From: Bdellovibrionales bacterium
GTDB lineage: Bacteria; Bdellovibrionota; Bdellovibrionia; Bdellovibrionales; UBA1609
Direction of reading: 5' to 3'
Assembly: GCA_965219095.1 (NCBI GenBank)
Contig: CBDCMT010000001.1
Location: 1,408,001-1,472,000 of the forward strand
DNA length: 64,000 nucleotides
Shown: piece after piece, positions 10,515 through 20,275 of the stretch
How positions within the stretch are numbered: the first letter of the stretch is position 1
Layout of the letters: the number at the start of each line of letters is the position of its first letter
Notes under the pieces: model-generated
Database searches by the model: none
Told to the model about the DNA's origin: nothing
Seen by the model: only the letters and a program-made list of their open reading frames with translations
Translations under genes and position numbers: made by a program

Positions 10515-11759
10515 CTATTCTTGTGGTTTGGGCTCACAAGTAATCTGTTTCTGTTCTTTATAAACTTTCGTTAATTCTCTATCTCTAACACTTAAAACAT
10601 AAACCTTGTCATCATCAGAGCCTATGACAATTTTTCCATCATTCATTACAGCAGGAGAAGAATCAACTATACTACCTGTTTTAAAAGAAGCCACTTTAAC
10701 TAACTTCTCACCCAGAAGCTCTAAAACATAAACCTTGTTATCCCAAGAGCCTATGACAATTTTTCCATCATTCATTATAGCAGGAGAGGAGTCAACTATA
10801 CTACCTGTTTTAAAAGAAGCCACTTTAACTAAGCTCTCACCCAGAAGCTCTAAAACATAAACCTTGTTATCCCGAGAGCCTATGACAATTTTTCCATCAC
10901 CCATTATAGCAGGAGAGGAATAAACCGAGTCACCTGTTTTAAAAGAAGCTACTTCAAGTAACTTCTTACCCTTAAGCTCTAAAACATAAACCTTGTTATC
11001 CCGAGAGCCTATGACAATTTTTCCATCACCCATTATAGCAGGAGAGGAATTAACCAAGTCACCTGTTTTAAAAGAAGCTACTTCAAGTAACTTCTTACCC
11101 TTAAGCTCTAAAACATAAACCTTGTTATCCCGAGAGCCTATGACAATTTTTCCATCACCCATTATAGCAGGAGAGGAATTAACCAAGTCACCTGTTTTAA
11201 AAGAAGCTACTTCAAGTAACTTCTTACCCTTAAGCTCTAAAACATAAACCTTGTTATCATCAGAACCTATTACAATTTTTCCATCACCCATTATAGCAGG
11301 AGAGGAGCTAACCCAGTCACCTGTTTTAAAAGAAGCCACCTTAACTAACTTCTTACCCTTAAGTTCTAAAACATAAACCTTTTTATCACCAGAGCCTATA
11401 ACAATTTTTCCATCACCCATTATAGCAGGAGAGGAATAAACTTTATCACCTGTTTTAAAAGAAGCTACTTCAAGTAACTCATTACCTGAAAGCTCTAAAA
11501 CATAAACCTTGTTATCATCAGAACCTATTACAATTTTTCCATCACCCATTATAGCAGGAGAGGAATTAACCGAGCCACCTAATTCTTTACTTAAAGGTCT
11601 GAGGTCAAACCCATAAACTTTCTTTTCTTGAAAGCATCTTTTATCATAAGAACGTCCTAAAGCATGGCATTGTGTTGACTTTTTCTGAAAGACAAAAAAG
11701 CTGGAAAAAGCAAAGACTAGACTTAAGCTTGCTAAATGGAAAAAAATTTTTGTTTTTAT
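10515..11759 (-). CDS. Exported PQQ-like/WD40-like 8-bladed beta-propeller repeat protein
   Basis: Eight SSPA..DGKIVIGS.D.KVYVL units; frame open 70 codons upstream of the track start to an ATA 6 nt after GGAGG, adding a basic plus hydrophobic leader. Confidence 0.8.
   Translation of the reverse strand: MKTKIFFHLASLSLVFAFSSFFVFQKKSTQCHALGRSYDKRCFQEKKVYGFDLRPLSKELGGSVNSSPAIMGDGKIVIGSDDNKVYVLELSGNELLEVASFKTGDKVYSSPAIMGDGKIVIGSGDKKVYVLELKGKKLVKVASFKTGDWVSSSPAIMGDGKIVIGSDDNKVYVLELKGKKLLEVASFKTGDLVNSSPAIMGDGKIVIGSRDNKVYVLELKGKKLLEVASFKTGDLVNSSPAIMGDGKIVIGSRDNKVYVLELKGKKLLEVASFKTGDSVYSSPAIMGDGKIVIGSRDNKVYVLELLGESLVKVASFKTGSIVDSSPAIMNDGKIVIGSWDNKVYVLELLGEKLVKVASFKTGSIVDSSPAVMNDGKIVIGSDDDKVYVLSVRDRELTKVYKEQKQITCEPKPQE
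10590..11580 (-). repeat. Tandem coding repeat, 129-bp unit, about 8 copies
   Basis: Near-identical 43-aa units visible in both DNA and protein. Confidence 0.97.
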
Positions 11760-11970
11760 TATTTACCTCCTACTTAAATGTTTAATTTTTTAAACCTTTC
11801 TCATGATTATTTTGTTTTTAGGTTCTGTTTTCTATCCATTCAAAATCTTTGTCACTTATTTAAGAGTTTAGCATATAGAATAATTTAACGCAATATATAA
11901 TTTTACAAATGCTTGGCATATCAAAAACTTTTAACAAAGTGAAATATTTTCTGATTGCACTTAAAAAATC

Positions 11971-11995
11971 CCCCTTTTTATTAGCTAAAAAGGGG
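11971..11995. terminator. Hairpin, probable intrinsic terminator
   Basis: CCCCTTTTTA-ttagc-TAAAAAGGGG with an A-tract on the left, giving a U-tail on the minus strand downstream of the DciA gene. Confidence 0.55.
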
Positions 11996-12121
11996 TTAAA
12001 ATACGACTATTGATACACGTATATAAAATAGTCTAGAGATGATTTTACAATGAGATCTTTTTTCATTGAGGAATAGCAGGAAGATAGCATAGATTCATCT
12101 AGGTTGTTTTATATATTTTTG

Positions 12122-12436
12122 TCAATAATTACGGCTAGGAATAGAATTTTTATCTAAAGTAAGCCTTACTTCTAAAACCCAAGATTCATCAAAGAAACGA
12201 TTAACTCTCTTTGCAATTTGGTTTCTTAAAAAAATCACATCCTGAAGTTGACTAGCATGTGGTAGGTACACAAAAAGCTGTCCTTTGTTATATTTTACGG
12301 GCATGGTGTTTAAAAATACTTCTTCTTTTAAAAGACGAGGCCAAGCTTGATAAAGTTGTTTGAGACGATAAAAATCACTTAAAGGATCCTTAGTGCCTTT
12401 AAAAAGGCCTTCTAATACTTTTGAGACAGAATCCAT
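12122..12436 (-). CDS. DciA/DUF721-family protein
   Basis: L...W..L...T.P.....G.L.V......Q.......I...N pattern, 104 aa. Confidence 0.75.
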   Translation of the reverse strand: MDSVSKVLEGLFKGTKDPLSDFYRLKQLYQAWPRLLKEEVFLNTMPVKYNKGQLFVYLPHASQLQDVIFLRNQIAKRVNRFFDESWVLEVRLTLDKNSIPSRNY

Positions 12437-12642
12437 GATTCCATGGTACTCATAAGAGAGCTTTTGTGCAATTTATAGATTATCTAAGATAAAACCCCTT
12501 TTATCTTGCTTAAGAGAATGTATGACACTTAAAGTGAGCGAAACTTCAAAAAGCTTGTTATTTTGAATCTCTACAAAGAAAAGAAGAGCTTAAGCTTTCT
12601 TAGCACATTGCGTTATTTACCTTCCTTGTCAAGAAGATCAGA

Positions 12643-13161
12643 ATGAAGGAAAATAAGGTAATGGTTTTAGCTTTTTTTCTTTGTTTTTTATTAGATGCAG
12701 GCCTTATAGCACCTAAGCCTTTGACAATAAAAGATAAAAGCCGAGTAACTTATGAGGACTTTTATGTAGGAGGACAAGTCAAACATATTACATCTTTGTT
12801 AAACCTCCATAAACAGAGGTTTAAAAAAAGTCCTAAAGAGAGATGGATTTTTTCTTTAGGAGATGAAAAACAGCAACCTATAAAAAATTATTTACCCTAC
12901 ATACAAATCAATGTTGATTCAAAAAACAAACGTCTAATTGTTGATTTTTTTCAATTGAATCAATCTAAAATCAAACTTGAGCAAATACAAAAATTAGTTA
13001 AAAAATCAAAATACATCAAGTCATCAAATTTACTTTTTGATCCTATTGATTCTACAACATCAGTCGTTTTTAACTTTAAAGAAAAAACTCTTGTTAAAGT
13101 CTTTCGCCATAACCACCTAGGCCCTTTAGCCTTTGAACTATACCCTTTTTCTAAAAATTAG
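12643..13161 (+). CDS. Exported hypothetical protein (possibly AMIN-like)
   Basis: Signal-like N-terminus and beta-rich body; convergent with the kinase gene. Confidence 0.6.
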   Translation: MKENKVMVLAFFLCFLLDAGLIAPKPLTIKDKSRVTYEDFYVGGQVKHITSLLNLHKQRFKKSPKERWIFSLGDEKQQPIKNYLPYIQINVDSKNKRLIVDFFQLNQSKIKLEQIQKLVKKSKYIKSSNLLFDPIDSTTSVVFNFKEKTLVKVFRHNHLGPLAFELYPFSKN

Positions 13162-13220
13162 AAACTTTAAGAGAATGTACTTTTTTGCTTCCTGTGTTAA
13201 GCTTAATAAGTTTTTTCCCT
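13093..13220 (+). repeat. About 130-bp direct repeat, copy 1 (copy 2 at 16335-16469)
   Basis: GTTAAAG.CTTTCGCCATAACCACCTAG...GCTTAATAAGT..TTTTCCCT at both sites with a few differences. Confidence 0.92.
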
Positions 13221-13270
13221 CCTGAGTTCGCCCTTTAGCAAACGACAAAATTCATAAGTATTTGAATATA

Positions 13271-13798
13271 TTAGATTTTTCTGGATTGTCTCCAGATTTT
13301 AGACATACTAGTGTTCGTAAATTGCCAGTTTATTTTTATCCTTTTTTTATTTCTATTTTTTGCCCAAACTGTAATCTCTTTTTCCATCTTAGAGAATTTT
13401 CCTATACGACGATTTAAACACTGTTTTGAAAGGGCTGAAAACTCAATCTCTGCCATATTTAACCAACTCGCCTTCTTCGGTGTGTAAATCATCTTAAAGC
13501 AATTTGCTAAATCAAAAGCACTCTCTGCTTTCATATTTTCATAAAATGAAGAGGGGTTATGAGTGTTCAAATTATCTTGTATCAATGTGATCTTTTCACA
13601 ACCTTTATACTTTGCAGCCACCTTTTTCATAAACCTTGCATAATCTACTTTCGTCTTTCTACGACTCACCTCCACAATCCTCTTTCCTGTCAAAGGCTCA
13701 ACGGCCAATAAAGCTACACACACACCCTCTCTTTTATAATGATAATCCTCTCTCTTTTCTTTTCCAGGACTTACAGGAACCGGAATCAAAACATCATA
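13271..13798 (-). pseudogene. IS630-family transposase C-terminal fragment
   Basis: DYHYKREG, QDNLNTH, YTPKKASWLNMAEIEFS; N-terminus missing. Confidence 0.88.
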
Positions 13799-14531
13799 GC
13801 AATTACAGAAATTAATTCGACGGTAAATCAAAAAGACAGGTCACTGGTTTAAGCCATGATAGTGACCCTAAAGTACTTGCAGAAGGAGGTGAGCTTTTCG
13901 AGACAAATTCTAAACCCTTTAGCTGGCCTGTTTTTTAAGACAAATGCACTCTCAGTTATAGGAAATAACAATGAATTTAATGATTTTTATGAAGAATTGA
14001 TCAAAAAAAATTTACCACCACATACTGCTAGAAACGCTACCAACTAGAAGAATTGCAGCTTTAACTTTAGGTGTTTTCAAGTCTGGGAAAAAATATAAAC
14101 CTTATGGAGAACGTAAAAATGTAAATAATAATAAAACAACCTTATAAAATCATCTGTTTAAAGTTTCTTGCATAGTAAGTAACAATACAAATAATGACTT
14201 TATGAGATGAGGGTAGATAGCTTAATAAAAATGATATTTATAAAAAATTCATTTCGACGAATAGCACATCCTCTATTCCTGAAATTTACTATAATCTAAG
14301 GTTTTAAATCTTCGGAATAAATTCATGATTTAAAACTAAAAAAGGTTCAGATAGACGCATAATAGGAATATGTTTGTTTTACAATGTGTAAAGGAAGAGT
14401 CATTAAAAAATGGAAAGGAAATGCAGAAAGTTTTCTCTTAGGTGATTAGAATATTCGTGACCGTATGCAAAAAAAATTTTTTATATTTTTTGTAAATGGA
14501 GAAGTGTTTTTTCTTGACATACTTTTTGATA

Positions 14532-15834
14532 GACATTTTTATGTTCAAATTTAAAATTTTAAAATTGACTTAAGGAAAAGCTTCAGTTAAGAGATTTTAA
14601 AAAAACTTCTTTTGAGGGGAGGTTAAGTTTTCATAAGATAAGTTTATTTCAGGTATATCTATTTGTTGTGTAAATCGATTGATGGGTTAAAATAAGTGAA
14701 AAAGTGAGGGTAAAATTTAAAATGAAAAAATCAGTTACACAATTTAATTTATAGGTTCAAATTAATTTACAAACTTGATTCATCTTGTTGTTTTGCCCAA
14801 GATCGAGTGCATAATTTTTTTAATCCTGCCCTCCTGATCGCAAAAAGTATTCCAGGCCTCACAACAAGTATTCACTATATGGTCATAGTTTTTAAAACAT
14901 GCATTCGATAATTTGATCCTTCGTAATTGTTGCCAGACTTGTTCCATGGGATTTAATTCTGGACTATAAGGAGGTAAAGGCATCAGAGATAAATTCTTAG
15001 GAACTATCAAAGTCTCTGTGGTATGCCAACTGGCTCTGTCCATTAAAACAATTCCATGATAGTTTTCTTGAATATTTTTAGATATCTCATCTAAGTGAAT
15101 TTGCATCATCCCTGAATTACATTCCGGTAAAATCCAAGCACAGCCTTTATCTTTATCCGGACAAACTGCTCCAAAAATATAAGTGGATAAAAATTGTCTT
15201 TGCCTCACAACTCTAGGCCGTGTGCCTTTTCTTGCCCAAATCCTGCTCAAAGAACCTTGCTGAGCTTATTCTGCATTCATCCTGCCACCAAATCTCTATT
15301 TTATGAGTCTGAATCTTTTCTTTTATTTTCTCCACCTCTTCTGGAAAATGTTCCTTAAACTGTTCCATAGCTTCTTAATGAACTTTTAGGATGAAGAGAA
15401 CGACCACTGATCCATACAATATTAAGGCGGTCTAAAGAAACATAAACCCCAGAAAGAGAATAGCAACAGTTAAATTCATCTGCTAAAAGTTTCTGTATTC
15501 CCTTTGCTCCTATGCTTCCTCCCTCTCTTTTGTCTTGAATTTCATCTAACTTGATTTTGAACCTCTCTTCTTCTGTTACTGGCAAACGAGGCTTGCGTCC
15601 TCTGCCTTCTCGATCTATCAATCCCTCGTAATCAAAGTCTACAAAAAAAGACTGTAACCAGGATTTGATACTGTGACGGTGATACAAAACCATACCTGCT
15701 GTTTCTTGAATCGATTTTCCTTCTTGCATATGCTGCAAAGCCAATAATTTTGTCTTGATGTTGGCACTTCTTTCTACTTTGTAAGTAGCTAGAAAATTAT
15801 ACCCTTGAATCTGTGTAACTAAATCTTTTTTCGA
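14532..15834 (-). mobile_element. IS630-family element (type B), frameshifted copy
   Basis: Near-identical to 27360-28764; ORF broken into 15355-15861 and 14780-15250. Confidence 0.92.
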
Positions 15835-15865
15835 CGACGGTAAATCAAAAAGACAGGTCACTGGT

Positions 15866-16312
15866 TTAAGCCATGATAGTGACCCTAAAAGATTTTTCGA
15901 TTACCTCTTTCTGATAGTACAAATTAACAATATCTTTTGCAGAGATCTTTTTTGTAGAAAATATACAAGAGTAACCATCAAACTCAGCTTCTAAATTCAA
16001 TCGATCTCTCCTTAATCTTCCCGTTGTAGTAAGGTATTTTTCCAAACCTAGCTTTATACTTTTATTTTTAGACAAAAGAATTTGTGCGTTTGCAATCTCG
16101 TCCAGACGAGATTCTCTTATATCTAAAGCCCTCCTTTGATTATAACAAACAACTAAACGTCCTTTGATTTTTCCAATATTGTGATTAATGCTCTGAGCAT
16201 ACAAGGTGCCACTTGATAACCTGATGCGATGGGATACATCAACAATAAAGCCTAGCTTTATCATTTTTCTAATCACATCCTTCTCTTTTTTTCGGAGAGC
16301 AATCCCACAAAG
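15866..16312 (-). pseudogene. IS1634-family transposase internal fragment
   Basis: Similar to 57844-59334 (IKGRLVVCYN, GLEKYL, EFDGYSCIFST, IEKSF); ends at a GTAACTGTTCA IS66-like end at 16313. Confidence 0.85.
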
Positions 16313-16334
16313 GTAACTGTTCAGAAAGATTCTA

Positions 16335-16469
16335 GTTAAAGCCTTTCGCCATAACCACCTAGACCCTTTAGCCTTTGAACTATATCATTTTTCTAAAAAT
16401 TAGAAGTTAACTTTAAGAGAATGTACTTTTTTGCTTCCTGTGTTAAGCTTAATAAGTCTTTTTTTCCCT
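16335..16469 (+). repeat. About 130-bp direct repeat, copy 2
   Basis: Matches 13093-13220; contains the true 3' end of the kinase gene. Confidence 0.92.
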
Positions 16470-18643
16470 TGCTTATTTTCAATTCTTATTTGTACAACGT
16501 GATTCATAGGAACTTTATAAGAAAATTTCCACTGTTGTCCTGTAGGAGGAGGCATCTTCCTATTATTGATAAAAATATTTACTTCCTGTATGGGACGTAT
16601 ATCTAGGTATATAGTAGAATATGAAGCCTTAATAAGTTTAATGTCGATAGAATAATTCTTTTTTAAACCTTCTTGTTCTTCACTCTTAGTAGTGAAAGTA
16701 CCTTTATAGTTAATATAGCCTGACTTCTTAAGCTCTAATCTAAATTCCTTCTTGGGATTAAAAAAGAGTTTTCTTGGAGTAATACCTCTATACTTATTAT
16801 CTATATAAATTGATGCTCCCGAAGGATTGGTTCTAAAAATGAAGGATTTTGGAATGGGCTTCTGGTTTTCTACAGATGTAAAAATTTTGGTGTTTTCTTT
16901 GTCCTCTTTGAGCTTTGAAGTCTTATCTGATGAGGAATTATGATCTGTTGGGTCTGGATTTAAATAATATAATACATTTTTAGTATATTTTATTTTGTCT
17001 AAATGGGGTATGCTTTTCACAAATTCATAAGCAATGCGTTTTACTTTCCTGTCTTCAGGGATACTAAATTTATAGACAAAAAGGAAATAAAAAAGAAAAC
17101 CTGTATAGAAAAATAGGAAAGAGTAGCCTAAAAAAAATAAGGTTTTGTTAATAAAAATTTTTGCTATACTTTTAGTGGTACTTTTTTCCGCTAAGATCTT
17201 CCTTCTATCATAACCACGGACATGTTTTTTTTCAAATTCTTTTGCTAATTTTTCATAGTTTGTTTTTCTATGTTCCTGTAATAAAGAACGATCTAAATCT
17301 ATTATTTTTTCTGCATAAGAATCTCTAAGGACCTCTTTAAGAGAATCTCGATCTCTTTTAGAATGGGTTCTGTCTCCTTTTTCTTTATGCTTTATAGCAT
17401 CTTCAACTTTAGCTATAGGATCTTTTAAATATTCTCTATCAGTATCCAATTCTAAAATTACTTTTCTAGATGGCTTTTCTAATTTTGCAATTTTTCTATC
17501 TTCTTCGGCAAAAGTGTTTTCACCAATGGAAAACTTATTTGTACGTTCTGAAAGATCTCCTTCTACAAAAAATTCTTCTATATCGTCTGTATTAAGATCT
17601 GTATGAGCCTCTGTGTTTTCCTCTATATGATGATATATTCTTTTCATGTGAAGCTTATATCTTTCAGAAAACTCTTCTATTTCTCCATAAAATATTTTTG
17701 ATAGATCTTTAGCAATTTCTGATTCATTAAAAATAGGATAACTGCGATTCATAAACTCAGAAAGATCTTTATACATAGCCTTTGCTGTTTGATAACGATT
17801 ATCAGGATCTCTTTCTAAAGCTTTACTAACAATTCTTTGGACATAGCTTGAAATGTTGGGATTATACGCACTAAGCTTTGGTATTTCTAGGTTTTGAATC
17901 TTTTTTAAACTCTCTCGCTCATTACTTCCATGAAACAGGCGCTTTCCTGTTAATAACTCCCATAAAACAATTCCCAAAGAAAAAATATCTGTTCTATGAT
18001 CTAAAGGACTTCCTTTAGATTGCTCAGGACTCATGTAGCTAAACTTCCCTTTAAGTGTCCCTGCCTCAGTTTCTTCTGTGACACCTAAAGCTTTTGCAAT
18101 ACCAAAATCCACAATCTTCACAGATCCTTGAAAGCTTATCATAATGTTTTGCGGACTAATATCTCTATGAATAACCCGCCTTACATCTTCAGTATGATAT
18201 TTAAATTTATGAGCATAATCTAAACCATTGGCAATTTCTTTAACAAGATAAAGAATGGCAGGTAAAGATAAACTTTGTTTTTTGGAGCTTAATTTTCTTG
18301 TAATCTGACGTAAATTGCGACCTTCGATAAATTCCATAACAAGATACAAGTTCCCCTTGAATTCACCAAACTTGTAGATGGAGACAATGTTGTTATGGCT
18401 GAGTTTTGTAGCCATACGAGCTTCATCTTCAAACATCTCTTTGAGATTTTGAGCTTCACCGGAAAGCTCTTTGTTGCTAGCATACTTGTTATGTATAGTT
18501 TTAAGGGCAAAAAGCTTTCCAATGCCCTTAACAGCCTTCTTAGGGTAGGCCAAATGAACCTCAGCCATACCTCCTACTGCAAGCTTCTCTAATAAGAAGT
18601 ATTCATCAAAGGTTTTTAGCGGTTCTGAAGGATCTATTTTCAT
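16400..18643 (-). CDS. Hanks-type Ser/Thr protein kinase with TM helix and PEGA domain
   Basis: GGMAEV, ALK, HRDISPQN, DFGIAK, YMSPEQ; TM; TNPSGASIYID...GITP PEGA pattern; start choice (ATG 18643) uncertain. Confidence 0.93.
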   Translation of the reverse strand: MKIDPSEPLKTFDEYFLLEKLAVGGMAEVHLAYPKKAVKGIGKLFALKTIHNKYASNKELSGEAQNLKEMFEDEARMATKLSHNNIVSIYKFGEFKGNLYLVMEFIEGRNLRQITRKLSSKKQSLSLPAILYLVKEIANGLDYAHKFKYHTEDVRRVIHRDISPQNIMISFQGSVKIVDFGIAKALGVTEETEAGTLKGKFSYMSPEQSKGSPLDHRTDIFSLGIVLWELLTGKRLFHGSNERESLKKIQNLEIPKLSAYNPNISSYVQRIVSKALERDPDNRYQTAKAMYKDLSEFMNRSYPIFNESEIAKDLSKIFYGEIEEFSERYKLHMKRIYHHIEENTEAHTDLNTDDIEEFFVEGDLSERTNKFSIGENTFAEEDRKIAKLEKPSRKVILELDTDREYLKDPIAKVEDAIKHKEKGDRTHSKRDRDSLKEVLRDSYAEKIIDLDRSLLQEHRKTNYEKLAKEFEKKHVRGYDRRKILAEKSTTKSIAKIFINKTLFFLGYSFLFFYTGFLFYFLFVYKFSIPEDRKVKRIAYEFVKSIPHLDKIKYTKNVLYYLNPDPTDHNSSSDKTSKLKEDKENTKIFTSVENQKPIPKSFIFRTNPSGASIYIDNKYRGITPRKLFFNPKKEFRLELKKSGYINYKGTFTTKSEEQEGLKKNYSIDIKLIKASYSTIYLDIRPIQEVNIFINNRKMPPPTGQQWKFSYKVPMNHVVQIRIENKQGKKRLIKLNTGSKKVHSLKVNF

Positions 18644-18752
18644 ATCATAAGAATATCGGCATAAAAAGCTTAAAACATAAATCTTAATAGCTCTCAACCC
18701 TATAAAATAAGAATTTTTTGTTATTTTATTGGAAATTTAGTAAGACTAAAGA

Positions 18753-19466
18753 CTAGCCATCTTTTAAATGATCTTCGAAGAAATGGGGTGCTGTAACTGA
18801 AAACCAGGACTTTTTAGGAGTACATGTGCCGCAATGGACTGTGTCTAAAAAAATGATTTGAACTTCAGGGGCTTCTTTTTCTATACGCAATAGGTTTTTA
18901 GGATCGTTATCAAAAAACCAAACCTCTTCAAATCTCTTTGCTAAAAGCCTAATAACATAAGTTTTGTAAATCGAATCAACATCTTGAAAATCTTCTTTTT
19001 TGAGAAAGAGGTGATCATGAATAACAGGAAAACTCCATTTTTTTAATACCTTTTGAGTGTGTGTGCGTGATTTTTCCGAACGTGCTGTAAGGTAGAAAAT
19101 TTGATTTTGGTTTTTCGCAAGTTTTTGCACAAAATCTACAGCTCCTTTATAAGGAAGATCATACTGAAAACTTTCTCCTCTGAAAAAATGTTCTTGCCAA
19201 AATACATTTAAATACTTTACAAAATCTTTTGAAAAACCGCTCCCATACTTTTGAAAAGTATCTTTTAAGCCCCAATCTTTAAATTTTATACCTATTGTTT
19301 TAACTTTTCTACACTCTTTAGGGAATTTTTTCATGATATGTGGCAGTTGAATGAATGTATATACAATTTTTTTCGTACGCTGGCTTACATCAAATAGAGT
19401 GGAGTCTAAATCAAAAACAACAGCAATACCTCCATGACTTTTTGCTAAAAGCTCTTTAAGCTTCAT
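18753..19466 (-). CDS. HAD-superfamily hydrolase
   Basis: VFDLDSTL, YLTAR, K, FFDND motifs. Confidence 0.85.
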   Translation of the reverse strand: MKLKELLAKSHGGIAVVFDLDSTLFDVSQRTKKIVYTFIQLPHIMKKFPKECRKVKTIGIKFKDWGLKDTFQKYGSGFSKDFVKYLNVFWQEHFFRGESFQYDLPYKGAVDFVQKLAKNQNQIFYLTARSEKSRTHTQKVLKKWSFPVIHDHLFLKKEDFQDVDSIYKTYVIRLLAKRFEEVWFFDNDPKNLLRIEKEAPEVQIIFLDTVHCGTCTPKKSWFSVTAPHFFEDHLKDG

Positions 19467-19716
19467 AAGTAAACCTCTTTTAAATAAAGAAAAGATAACA
19501 TAAATCCATGGCAGGGAGAGTTTATTTTATTAAAACGAAAAAATAAACTCTCTGTACCAACCAACTTTATAGAAATGTCTTCAAAAGGACCCATTTTTTG
19601 TTCTCCTAATAACAACACATATAAATTTTCAACACTATCGTAAAGATAGCTTCCAGATCTTAATTATAATAATAGAAAGAGGAAATCAAGGGAAAATTTC
19701 TTTATACGAGGAGCTA

Positions 19717-20130
19717 GAGCGTGTCGTCAATTAATTTAACCAAACCATAGAAGAAGCTAACATCACCTAAGCCTAAGAAGTTTTTTACCCTTTTTTCATA
19801 TCTTGTTGTTACTCCTCCCAAAGTTCTTTAATTTGAAAAAACCATTCTTTCAATTTTGTTTCTCAATTTGTAAATCTTCTTATCGTAAAATCTCTGAACT
19901 TTTCTATTAATCTTTAGTGGTATAACAGCTTCAGACCTTTACTCTTTTATCTGATCCACAAATTCTTGTTTATCATACACTCTTTAGCTATAACAAAATC
20001 ACAGTTCAAACCTCTTATTAAATCAGAAGCTTGAGTGATGCCATGTGCTTCTCCTCTTGTTGAACTCAAACGCACAGGCACCGCCTAAGCCATCACTTAT
20101 AAGATGAATTTTTGTACTTAAACCTCCTCC
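19717..20130 (-). pseudogene. Decayed IS5-family (IS427/IS1031-like) transposase 3' half
   Basis: Hand-read fragments GGLSTKIHL, IYKLRNKIER, TTRYEK; end GAGCGTGTCGTCAATT; multiple frameshifts. Confidence 0.75.
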
Positions 20131-20275
20131 TTAAAGAACCTTGTTGAGCTTATTCTGCATTCATCCTGCCACCAAATCTCTATTTTATTAGTCTGAATCT
20201 TTTCCTTTATTTTCTCCACCTCTTCTGGAAAATGTTCCTTCAAACTGTTCCATAGCTTCTTAATGAACTTTTAGG
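20131..20275 (-). mobile_element. Internal fragment of IS630 type B
   Basis: Matches 15247-15390 and stops exactly at the IS66 end. Confidence 0.85.

Noticed and set aside
10590..11580. Possible CRISPR array or DGR target in the 129-bp repeats
   Set aside because: Units are contiguous, in frame and coding, with no unique spacers; no cas or reverse transcriptase gene in the window, and no separate template repeat seen
13870..14530. Possible decayed cargo gene inside the IS island
   Set aside because: Only short broken frames; no family motif I could recognise
19516..19552. Inverted repeat GAGAGTTTATTTT...AAAATAAACTCTC upstream of the HAD gene as a riboswitch or terminator
   Set aside because: The hairpin is real but AT-rich, lacks a clear U-tail and matches no RNA family I recognise
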